Assembly (NCBI GenBank): GCA_964389365.1
Contig: CAYMDO010000001.1
Coordinates: forward strand, 5,938 to 69,937
DNA: 64,000 nucleotides
Source of the DNA: an uncultured Syntrophomonadaceae bacterium
GTDB lineage: Bacteria; Bacillota; Dethiobacteria; DTU022
Direction: 5' to 3'
The first letter of the stretch is position 1. Each line of letters starts with the position of its first letter. This document shows, in pieces, positions 53,682-62,048 of the stretch. The notes under the pieces were generated by a model that saw only the letters and a list, made by a program, of their open reading frames with translations, had not been told where the DNA came from and searched no databases. The position numbers were made by a program, and so were the translations under genes.

Positions 53682-53812
53682 GAGGTGGTTTTGGAAGCAC
53701 TGCAAAACAAAAACAAATAAATCTTCACTTTCAAATAATGTTATAATTAGCCAGGCTTTTGTCAATACTGACAATTGAAAATTTCTTTATTCGAAGAAAG
53801 GGATGACCCCCT

Positions 53813-55600
53813 TTGACTAGGTTGATCCTGATTAAAGACTCAGTGCAACAGGTTGCTGAAGCAGTTACCGCTGCCCTGCAAATTGAAACTGAAATCATTG
53901 ACAACAGCTTAACGATTGTGGCCGGCACCGGCCGCTATAAGAAAAAAATAGGCCTCCAGGAAGAGGACGGGGATCTTGATTCGGGTTTCATCTATGGACA
54001 GCTTTTAAAAAGCGGGGAGCCCTACATCAATGATAATCCCAGTCCGGACCCTCCTTACGGGGCCAGGGAGAACGAACAGGCGGAAATATGCTGTCCGATC
54101 AATCTAGACGGTGATATTATTGGCCTTATTGCCTTGGTTGCCTTTAATCAGAAGCAAAAAAGAAAACTGCTTTCCAAAAGAGAAAACAATCTTTCCTTTT
54201 TATCACGCATGGCTTTTCTGATTGCTTCGAAAGTGGCCCAGGTTGAAATTGCCAACGAAATGAGCATGATAGTTGAAAATATTCGCGAAGGAATCCTGCT
54301 TACTAACAATTGCGGCCTAATCACCAGTTGTAATTCGGCAGCAGAAAGAATCCTATCCGTAAGCAAGGACGACCTGATCGGAACCTCAATTTCCGATTTA
54401 TGGGGTGATATCCCAATTGACGAAGTCCTGTTCAGGAAGATCCGCTATGAAGATCTTGAGACAATTTATATGGATACCGATAAACACCAGAGGCATCTCA
54501 TCATCAGTGCGGACCCGATCCTTATTGATGACCCGAAAGATAAAACCAACAGCAAAATCTGCACCGGGGCATTGGTAACTTTTAGAGGATTTCAGGAAAT
54601 GAAGAAAAAAATCTACAATATGACCGACAAGCAGCGTGCAGTAAGATTTACTGACATACTGGGCAATAGCCCTCAAATTCGTGAAAGCATTGAACGCTCA
54701 ATGATGATCGCTGAAACAAATTCGACAATTTTGATTACCGGCGAAAGCGGTACAGGTAAAGAACTTTTTGCCAGGGCCATTCATTTTAACAGTCAGCGCA
54801 AGGCAGAACCTTTTATCACAGTCAACTGCGGGGCTATTCCGGAAACTCTTTTGGAAACTGAATTATTTGGCTATGACAGCGGAGCTTTTACCGGTGCTCA
54901 AAAAGGGGGTAAGGCCGGTAAGTTTGAGATCGCCCACAAAGGGACTATCTTCTTAGATGAGATTGGCGATTTGCCTCTTCATCTCCAGGTTAAGTTGCTT
55001 CACGTTTTACAGCGCCGTGAAGTGGAAAGGGTTGGCAGCAACCAAGTTATATCTGTCAATGTCCGGGTTCTTGCCGCTACTAATCATAATCTAAGTCAAA
55101 TGGTAGAAGACGGTGAGTTTCGCGAAGATTTATACTACAGATTATGTGTCATCCCACTGCATATTCCCTCTTTACGAGAAAGAAAAGAAGATCTAGAAAC
55201 CCTGCTCTTTTATTTTCTTGATAAATTTAACCGCATCCTTGGTAAAAATATTAAAGGCTTTGAAGCAGACGCTCTTGCTGTATTTAAAGCCTATGACTGG
55301 CCGGGAAATGTCCGCGAGCTTGAAAATGCCATGGAGTATGCGGCAAGCTTTGAAAGAGGGGCAAGAATTAGTATATCCAGTATTCAACCACGTATTCAGC
55401 AAGTTAATAAGCCCGAAAGATCTGCATCTTTACCGCTCAGGAGCGGTTTAAATCATATGGAGAAGGAAGTTATCCTGCAACAGCTAAAACAAACAGGCTT
55501 TTCCACTGCGGGGAAGAGGACGGCGGCCATAAATCTTGGCATTAGCGAATCAACCCTCTACAGGCGCATCCGGAATCTTGGTATAAAACCGGATAGTTAA
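53813..55600 (+). CDS. Sigma-54-dependent transcriptional activator with N-terminal GAF/PAS sensory domains
   Basis: AAA+ sigma-54 interaction domain (GESGTGKE, GAFTGA, ...RELEN) and a C-terminal Fis-type HTH. The N-terminal ~300 aa have GAF- and PAS-like composition. TTG start with AAAGGGA RBS. Confidence 0.85.
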   Translation: MTRLILIKDSVQQVAEAVTAALQIETEIIDNSLTIVAGTGRYKKKIGLQEEDGDLDSGFIYGQLLKSGEPYINDNPSPDPPYGARENEQAEICCPINLDGDIIGLIALVAFNQKQKRKLLSKRENNLSFLSRMAFLIASKVAQVEIANEMSMIVENIREGILLTNNCGLITSCNSAAERILSVSKDDLIGTSISDLWGDIPIDEVLFRKIRYEDLETIYMDTDKHQRHLIISADPILIDDPKDKTNSKICTGALVTFRGFQEMKKKIYNMTDKQRAVRFTDILGNSPQIRESIERSMMIAETNSTILITGESGTGKELFARAIHFNSQRKAEPFITVNCGAIPETLLETELFGYDSGAFTGAQKGGKAGKFEIAHKGTIFLDEIGDLPLHLQVKLLHVLQRREVERVGSNQVISVNVRVLAATNHNLSQMVEDGEFREDLYYRLCVIPLHIPSLRERKEDLETLLFYFLDKFNRILGKNIKGFEADALAVFKAYDWPGNVRELENAMEYAASFERGARISISSIQPRIQQVNKPERSASLPLRSGLNHMEKEVILQQLKQTGFSTAGKRTAAINLGISESTLYRRIRNLGIKPDS

Positions 55601-55670
55601 TATCAGGTTTCTACAATAATTAAAATTAAACGGCCGTCCTGCAAAAAATAAGCAGTAACGACCGCATTTT

Positions 55671-57017
55671 TTATCCGACCAGGTTGCAAACGATCTCCCG
55701 AAAAACTGCCGTGTGCTGATCTATATCCTCATTGCTGGTTTGTGGCGAAATAAGTGCCATGTTATGAAATGGAGTCATCAGGATGCCCCTGTTCAAAGCT
55801 GCAAGGTGCATGTAGCGGTCCAACTCCGTATCAATCGCTGCTGCAGCCTCATGGCCATTACGCGCCGGCTCCCGCCTGAACCAGTATTCAGAACGACAAC
55901 CGAGATTTGTTACATTCCAGGGCAGATCAAATTCCCTGATCACATCATTAATACCCTCGACAAAGCGATCAGCCAGGGGAATCGTGATGTCATATGCTGC
56001 CTGGGTTAATACTCTTTCTAAAGTTACACGTATGGCAGCTACCGAGAGGGCATTTCCGGCCAAAGTTCCACCAATTCCGCCGGTATCACAATCCTCTATT
56101 TCAATTGAATTCTGGACCATATCGGCCACAGTTTCCGAAAAACCATAAACCGCCGCCGGAATTCCTGAAGCGATCGGCTTACCAATGGTCAGGATATCTG
56201 GTTCCAAATTTTCCAGGGCTGTATACCCGCCAGGGCCGGCACAGATAGTGTGGGTTTCATCGATGATCAGGAGTGTGCCGGTTTTCCTGGTCAGTTCACG
56301 TAGAGCCAGGTGATAACCCGGATCAGGATGGATAATGCCGATATTAGTCATCACCGGTTCAGCCAGCACGCAGGCAACATCTTCTTCAGCCAGCGCTTTC
56401 TCCAGGGCCGAAAGATCATTGAACTCAATTACTCTAGTGGTCATTGCAGGATCCACCGGTGGGCCAAGGTTACCCTGTCTTGCTTTTATCTTACTGTCAG
56501 GGTAAAGGGTTATAAAACTTTCGTCAACCGACCCGTGATAGCAGTAGTTGTAAACTAAAATTTTACCTCGGCCTGTGATATGCCTGGCCAGCCTAATTGA
56601 AAACCGGTTAGCATCGGTTGCAGTCAGGGCAAACTGCCAGTAGGGGAGTCCGAAGCGTCGCTGCAATTCAGCACCAACATAGATTGAGTCTTCCGTTGGC
56701 AGCATTAGGGTTGTGCCGTTCGCAATTCGCCTGGTGATTGCTTCAAGAACGGCATCCGGTGCATGACCGGTCATAGCGCCCGTATCGCCAAGGCAAAGAT
56801 CCAGGTAACGATGACCATCTACATCAGTAAAATGCGCACCCTTTGCCCAATCAACAAATATCGGGTAATCCCCGGCCCATTTAACCATCCAGTTCATCGG
56901 CACTCCGCCAAGAAGATTGACCTTGGCTTTTTCAAATAACTCCTGAGATCGGGGATGATTTTTAACAAACATTTTTCGTTCTCGGTTTAACAACTCGGGG
57001 AGTCTTTTCCCGTACAT
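55671..57017 (-). CDS. Class-III PLP aminotransferase, HemL (GSA aminomutase)-like subgroup
   Basis: PLP-lysine context ILTIGKPIASGIP resembles HemL's LTCLGKIIGGG. It has an unusual LLIIDETHT in place of the DEVMTGFR-type motif. The N-terminus aligns with HemL from ...SQELFEKAKVNLLGGV. An internal start at MFVKN (56972) is possible. Confidence 0.8.
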   Translation of the reverse strand: MYGKRLPELLNRERKMFVKNHPRSQELFEKAKVNLLGGVPMNWMVKWAGDYPIFVDWAKGAHFTDVDGHRYLDLCLGDTGAMTGHAPDAVLEAITRRIANGTTLMLPTEDSIYVGAELQRRFGLPYWQFALTATDANRFSIRLARHITGRGKILVYNYCYHGSVDESFITLYPDSKIKARQGNLGPPVDPAMTTRVIEFNDLSALEKALAEEDVACVLAEPVMTNIGIIHPDPGYHLALRELTRKTGTLLIIDETHTICAGPGGYTALENLEPDILTIGKPIASGIPAAVYGFSETVADMVQNSIEIEDCDTGGIGGTLAGNALSVAAIRVTLERVLTQAAYDITIPLADRFVEGINDVIREFDLPWNVTNLGCRSEYWFRREPARNGHEAAAAIDTELDRYMHLAALNRGILMTPFHNMALISPQTSNEDIDQHTAVFREIVCNLVG

Positions 57018-57067
57018 AATCTAAAGAATCACACCCTTCGAAAATATTTTTTCTGGCAGATAATAGC

Positions 57068-57083
57068 GCAATAGTTATGCCAA
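57068..57083 (-). promoter_or_regulatory. Sigma-54 (-24/-12) promoter for the aminotransferase gene
   Basis: The minus strand reads TGGCAT-AACTA-TTGCG, with GG and GC at the correct spacing (consensus TGGCACG-N4-TTGC). It lies ~40 nt upstream of the ATG at 57017. Confidence 0.5.
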
Positions 57084-57326
57084 CGATGAACAGGGCAATA
57101 TTTGCATTATCAGAAGAAAAAAGGCATTAAACCAGTGTTCTATGTCAACCCTGACAAATATCACTTCACAATTGACTGTTAGTCAGCCAATTCAAACCGC
57201 ATGAAAAGCAGGTTACACATAATAAAAAAAGCAGATGGTTTTACAGGACCTTTTATAACCGCCCTTACCGACAAAACCTGCAACTTTTTTAATTAATTCA
57301 GCGCATTAAGTCCTTAATAATTAGAA

Positions 57327-57342
57327 CGGCATGATAATTGCA
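57327..57342 (+). promoter_or_regulatory. Sigma-54 (-24/-12) promoter for the NhaC-family transporter gene
   Basis: cGGCATG-ataa-TTGCA has one mismatch in the GGCACG element and exact N4 spacing. It lies ~40 nt upstream of the ATG at 57382 (AAGGAGG RBS). Confidence 0.55.
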
Positions 57343-57381
57343 CAAAAAAATAACATTTAGATATTTAAAGGAGGTTTTCTA

Positions 57382-58869
57382 ATGCAGGAACCAAAGCTCC
57401 AGACAGAAGCCCCAGGCCGGGGAAACTACAGCACGCACTACAAAACTTACGCCATTTTAATTTTATTATTCCTGGTCGCCCTCTTTCTAATTCCTAAGGA
57501 GAGTGATTCTTACCAAGCACTGAGCCTTATACCCGCCGCTTTTCTCTTAATCTTTATCTTCTACACAAAACGCATCCTAGAGGCCCTGACAATCGGCGCT
57601 TTACTGGGTTATGTCATGAAATATGGCATAGGTTTTTTTGAGCCCTTTAGCTCTGAACTGCTAAATATTATGATGAATGAGAGCATCGCCTGGCTGATCA
57701 TTGTTTGCGGCCTGATGGGCAGCATTATTGCCCTGATTGAAAAAAGTGGAGGAGCCTATGCTTTCGGTGAATGGGTATCGAAGAGGGCAAAGACCAAAAA
57801 AAGTACTCTGCTTTGGACCTGGGTTCTCGGGATGGTTATCTTCATCGATGATTACCTCAACTGCCTGACCATCGGCTCATCGATGACCAGGGTGACCGAT
57901 AAACACAAGGTTTCACGTGAATACCTGGCCTATATCGTAGACTCGACAGCCGCCCCCACCTGTGTGTTGGTACCGGTTTCAACCTGGGCCATCTTTATCG
58001 GCATCCTGATGGTTGAGAATGGTCTGGGCTCCGGTGACTCGGGCATTGCCGAATTCATTAAAACTATTCCCTTTAACTTCTATGCCTGGTTCGCCGTGAT
58101 CATTGTTCCCCTGGTAATTCTTGGGGTTATCCCAGTTTTCGGCCCGATGAAGTCAGCTGAAAGAAGAGCCCAGGAAACCGGTGTTCTTGCCCCTCCGGGC
58201 TCGGAAAAAATTGATATGAAAGCCGGGGAAACATTCGAAGTTCCATTAAATCCAAATGTCTGGTTCTTCTTTCTGCCGATTATCATCCTGGTCGGCGCTA
58301 CCATCTACTTTGATCTCAGCATGCAAATGGGCGTCCTAGCCACCCTGGCGTTTATCTTTGTCTATTATTTAATCAGCAAGGTAATCACTCCGCTTGACTA
58401 TGCCGATATGGTAGTCCTGGGTGTAAAAAATATGTTATTTCCTCTTTCTCTGGTTGTTCTTGCTTACTGGTTTGCTGCTGCCAGCGAGGAAATCGGTTTT
58501 GTCAGTTACATGATCGAAATTGGTGAACGTTTTATGACCCCGGAGTTTTTACCGCTGGTTATATTCATCATTTTTGGCATCACTGAATTTATCATGGGCA
58601 TCAGCTGGGGTATGTATATTGTCGCTCTGCCGATCGTCATCCCGGTAGCTATCAGCCTGGGCGTTAACCCCTACCTGGCCGTCGGCGCAGTCTGCTCGGC
58701 CGGAATATGGGGTAGCCATATCTGCTTCTATTCCGATGCCACGATTCTAACCTCTGCCGCTACCGGCTGTGAAAACTTCAGGCACGCCATCACGCAGCTA
58801 CCTTACGGTTTTATCAGCTTTGTTTTGGCCGCTATAGCCTTTGTAATTGCCGGTCACCTGCTAATTTAA
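57382..58869 (+). CDS. NhaC-family transporter (Na+/H+ antiporter family, also containing amino-acid/organic acid exchangers)
   Basis: 495 aa polytopic protein with NhaC family segments (...DDYLNCLTIG...YIVDSTAAPTCVLVPVSTWA...). Confidence 0.8.
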   Translation: MQEPKLQTEAPGRGNYSTHYKTYAILILLFLVALFLIPKESDSYQALSLIPAAFLLIFIFYTKRILEALTIGALLGYVMKYGIGFFEPFSSELLNIMMNESIAWLIIVCGLMGSIIALIEKSGGAYAFGEWVSKRAKTKKSTLLWTWVLGMVIFIDDYLNCLTIGSSMTRVTDKHKVSREYLAYIVDSTAAPTCVLVPVSTWAIFIGILMVENGLGSGDSGIAEFIKTIPFNFYAWFAVIIVPLVILGVIPVFGPMKSAERRAQETGVLAPPGSEKIDMKAGETFEVPLNPNVWFFFLPIIILVGATIYFDLSMQMGVLATLAFIFVYYLISKVITPLDYADMVVLGVKNMLFPLSLVVLAYWFAAASEEIGFVSYMIEIGERFMTPEFLPLVIFIIFGITEFIMGISWGMYIVALPIVIPVAISLGVNPYLAVGAVCSAGIWGSHICFYSDATILTSAATGCENFRHAITQLPYGFISFVLAAIAFVIAGHLLI

Positions 58870-58901
58870 AGGGCTTAAATTGCCGTTTTCCATCTTAAAT
58901 A

Positions 58902-58940
58902 GAGCCGGGCTTTATTATATATACTATTCCAGCCCGGCTC
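58902..58940. terminator. Strong inverted repeat between convergent genes
   Basis: GAGCCGGGCT - 19 nt AT-rich loop - AGCCCGGCTC, a perfect 10 bp stem. Confidence 0.45.
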
Positions 58941-59136
58941 CCTTCCTTAACCGAAATAAAATGTTCATGGTTGCCGATGCTGCCAAGGTATAAGCCCGGG
59001 TGCCGGGCGGGTTATAGCGGTGGCTGCAGAAACAGCAAGATAGGTTACAGCGACCGGTGAGCGGTAAAACATTATGATCGCGTACTGCTTCAACCAATAA
59101 CCGCTGTAGTAAAGAACCATCTTTTAGTGCTGCCAA
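58924..59136 (-). pseudogene. Short ORF carrying a radical-SAM-like CxxxCxxC motif, probably a gene fragment
   Basis: ...LPLTGRCNLSCCFCSHRYNPPG... has the C-x3-C-x2-C spacing of radical-SAM enzymes. The ORF is only 70 aa and its stop lies inside the hairpin. Confidence 0.3.
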
Positions 59137-59150
59137 ACTGTTCCCTCCGC

Positions 59151-61628
59151 TTAGCGGACCACAACATTAACCAGTCGCCCCGGAACGGCAATTATTTTGA
59201 TAATTTCTTTGCCTTCTATCAGGCGGCCAACTCTTTCACTGCTCTTAGCAAACTGAGCAAGTTCCTCTGCAGAGCACTCAGCAGGAACTGTGAACCGGCC
59301 GCGCAGCTTGCCGTTGATCTGAACTGCAATTTCCAATTCTTCCACAACCAGTTTTGCAGGGTCATGCTCCGGCCAGGCCTGACTGTGGACTGAACCGGGT
59401 TGATTTAGCAGGTGCCATGATTCCGCTGCCAGGTGCGGTGCGAAGGGGGCCAGCAGCAAGATGATCTTAAGCAGGGCATCCTTGAGCAGGGCATGGTTTT
59501 GCTCTTCCGGGTCCGATGCCTGGCGGTAAGCATATGCAGAGTTGACCAGCTCCATAATGGCACTGATCGCAGTATTGAAGTTAAAACGCTCCTGGATATC
59601 AGCGGTAACCTTTTTTATCGCTGCATGAACACTTCGTTCCAAAGATTCTTCATTCGTACCGTATAAAACACTGCCCGGACCGGCAGAAAACTGTTCGCGG
59701 CTATCTATAACAAGACGCCATATTCGCCTTAAGAAACGATGACAACCTTCCACTCCCTGATCGCTCCAGTCCAAATCTTTTTCAGGCGGAGCGGCAAACA
59801 GGATAAAAAGCCGGCCGGTGTCAGCCCCGAATTTTTCAACTATTTCATCTGGGGTCACTACATTGCCTTTGGATTTGGACATCTTGGCTCCGTCCTTGTA
59901 GACCATACCCTGCGCGAGCAGGCGGCTGAAAGGTTCATCCGTTCTGCTTAAGCCGGCGTCAAAGAGAACTTTTGTAAAAAAACGGGCATAAAGCAGGTGT
60001 AAAACAGCATGCTCTATTCCCCCGATATACTGATCAACCGGCATCCAGTAATCAACTGCTTCCTTTAGAAAAGGTGCGTCGAAACACCAGGGACTGGTAT
60101 AACGCATAAAATACCATGAAGAACAGATAAAAGTATCCATAGTATCGGTTTCCCGGCGGGCTTCCCTGCCGCAGACAGGGCATAGCACCCGGGTAAAATT
60201 ATCGTAGTGTTCAAGGCCGGGGACCCGATTGCCGAAAAGCTCAACTTCAAGGGGTAGTTCAACCGGTAAGTCCTCTTCAGGCACCGGTACAGTACCGCAG
60301 CTGTCGCAGTAGATTACAGGTATTGGCGCGCCCCAGTAGCGCTGGCGCGAAATCAGCCAGTCACGCAGCCTGTAGGTTACCTGAAAGCGGCCCTGTCCCA
60401 GCTGTTCCAGATGAGCCGTCACCCTTTTCATCCCCTCAATATTAGGCAGCCCGTTAAAATCGCCGGAGTTGGCCATTATCCCTTCACCGGTATAAGCTTC
60501 ATGCATCGTGTCGCCATTCAGCACTTCACCTGCTGGCTGTATGACCACTTTAACCGGCAGGTTGTACTTGCGGGCAAAATCAAAATCCCTCTGGTCGTGG
60601 GCAGGCACACCCATTACAGCTCCTGTGCCATATGCCATCAGCACATAATTACCGATCAGTATCGGCACTTCATCGCCGTTTACCGGATTGATAACGTGGC
60701 GGCCGGTGAACAGACCGATTTTCGGGGCTTCGTCAGAGGTGCGCTCAATTTCACTGGCACAACGTATCATAGAGACAAACTCCATAACCCCAGGTTCACG
60801 TTCTGAGCCTTCAACAAGCTTTTTGACAAGGGGATGCTCGGGAGCCAGCACCATTGAAGTAACCCCAAAAAGGGTATCCGGGCGGGTAGTAAAGGTGCGA
60901 ATCTCTTCACCGGGTAATTCTTTAACCTTAAATACTATTTCTGTCCCTTCGCTGCGCCCAATCCAATTGTGCTGCATTGTTTTAACCCGTTCCGGCCAGT
61001 CCTCCAGCTTATTTAAATCGTTTAAAAGGCGCTCTGCGTATGATGTAATTCTTAAAAACCACTGCTCCAGGTCACGTGTTTCCACGACCGATGAACAACG
61101 CCAGCAAAGACCATTTTCAACCTGTTCGTTAGCCAAAACCGTATTGCAGCTTTCACACCAGTTAACACTGGCCCTCTTTTTATAGGCCAGGCCCCTTTTA
61201 TACATCAATAAAAAAAGCCACTGCGACCAGCGGTAATAATCAGGGGCCGAGGTGTTGATCTCCCTACGCCAGTCATAGCTGACGCCGAGGCGGTTTTGTT
61301 GCTTTTTCATGTGTTCTATATTCTGGGCTGTCCAGGCCGCAGGGTTAACCCTGTTTTCAATTGCAGCATTTTCTGCCGGCAAGCCAAAAGCATCCCACCC
61401 CATGGGGTGGATTACATTATACCCGCACATTCTAAAAAACCGGGCCAAAACATCACCGATCGAATAAACCCTCATATGCCCCATATGCAGTTTACCTGAG
61501 GGATAAGGAAACATTTCCAGGACATAGTATTTTTTTTGATTGTGATCTATTTCAGAGTGATAAGAATCTTCTTTTTCCCAAAGTTGTTGCCAACGTTTTT
61601 CAATTTCAGCCGGGTTATAGTTAGCCAA
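59151..61628 (-). CDS. leuS: Leucine--tRNA ligase
   Basis: HMGH and KMSKS class-I motifs (PYPSGKLHMGH ... KMSKSKGN), CP1 editing domain, 825 aa. TTG start after GGATGGAGG. Confidence 0.95.
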   Translation of the reverse strand: MANYNPAEIEKRWQQLWEKEDSYHSEIDHNQKKYYVLEMFPYPSGKLHMGHMRVYSIGDVLARFFRMCGYNVIHPMGWDAFGLPAENAAIENRVNPAAWTAQNIEHMKKQQNRLGVSYDWRREINTSAPDYYRWSQWLFLLMYKRGLAYKKRASVNWCESCNTVLANEQVENGLCWRCSSVVETRDLEQWFLRITSYAERLLNDLNKLEDWPERVKTMQHNWIGRSEGTEIVFKVKELPGEEIRTFTTRPDTLFGVTSMVLAPEHPLVKKLVEGSEREPGVMEFVSMIRCASEIERTSDEAPKIGLFTGRHVINPVNGDEVPILIGNYVLMAYGTGAVMGVPAHDQRDFDFARKYNLPVKVVIQPAGEVLNGDTMHEAYTGEGIMANSGDFNGLPNIEGMKRVTAHLEQLGQGRFQVTYRLRDWLISRQRYWGAPIPVIYCDSCGTVPVPEEDLPVELPLEVELFGNRVPGLEHYDNFTRVLCPVCGREARRETDTMDTFICSSWYFMRYTSPWCFDAPFLKEAVDYWMPVDQYIGGIEHAVLHLLYARFFTKVLFDAGLSRTDEPFSRLLAQGMVYKDGAKMSKSKGNVVTPDEIVEKFGADTGRLFILFAAPPEKDLDWSDQGVEGCHRFLRRIWRLVIDSREQFSAGPGSVLYGTNEESLERSVHAAIKKVTADIQERFNFNTAISAIMELVNSAYAYRQASDPEEQNHALLKDALLKIILLLAPFAPHLAAESWHLLNQPGSVHSQAWPEHDPAKLVVEELEIAVQINGKLRGRFTVPAECSAEELAQFAKSSERVGRLIEGKEIIKIIAVPGRLVNVVVR

Positions 61629-61649
61629 GTTTTAAAACCTCCATCCTGA

Positions 61650-61688
61650 AGCATAAAAATAAAAAATCCGCCCGGTCAAGGGACGGAT
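61650..61688 (-). terminator. Rho-independent terminator between tRNA-Ala and leuS
   Basis: On the minus strand: ATCCGTCCC-ttgacc-GGGCGGAT followed by TTTTTTATTTTTAT. Confidence 0.6.
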
Positions 61689-61723
61689 TTATACCCGCGG
61701 TACCACCCTTATTGGCCATCTTA

Positions 61724-61798
61724 TGGTGGAGCTGGCGGGAGTCGAACCCGCGACCTCTTCCATGCCAAGGAAGCGCGCTCCCACTGCGCTACAGCCCC
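61724..61798 (-). tRNA. tRNA-Ala (anticodon GGC), CCA encoded
   Basis: The minus strand reads GGGGCTGTAGCGCAGTGGGAGCGCGCTTCCTTGGCATGGAAGAGGTCGCGGGTTCGACTCCCGCCAGCTCCACCA. The acceptor stem has the G3:U70 Ala identity pair. The anticodon loop is CTTCC-TTGGCAT-GGAAG, and the T-arm is GTTCGA. Confidence 0.9.
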
Positions 61799-62048
61799 CC
61801 GATCAGTTGCCCTCTTTTAGCCGTTAACGCCGGTTCTACGGCAGCGGCTAATCATTTTCGCCGCTGCTTCTCCGGAACGAGTTCAGCAGCCCTGCCTGCC
61901 GGTTTTCACCATTCGCCGGCTCCCTGAAAAGCATTCCTGCTCACTGCTTCCCATCATCAAAAGTTATATGGCACCCCGAGTACATTTAACATTATATGCA
62001 GGGACAAATCCATTGTCAATAGCATTGGTGACACAAGCATTCGCCCGT

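Noticed and set aside
53688-53702. TGGAAGCACTGCAA as a sigma-54 promoter for the enhancer-binding protein gene
   Set aside because: The GG-to-GC spacing is 3 nt too short for a -24/-12 element.
57096-57112. GGCAATATTTGCAT as a plus-strand sigma-54 promoter
   Set aside because: The spacing between GG and GC is 2 nt too short. A better-spaced site exists at 57327-57342.
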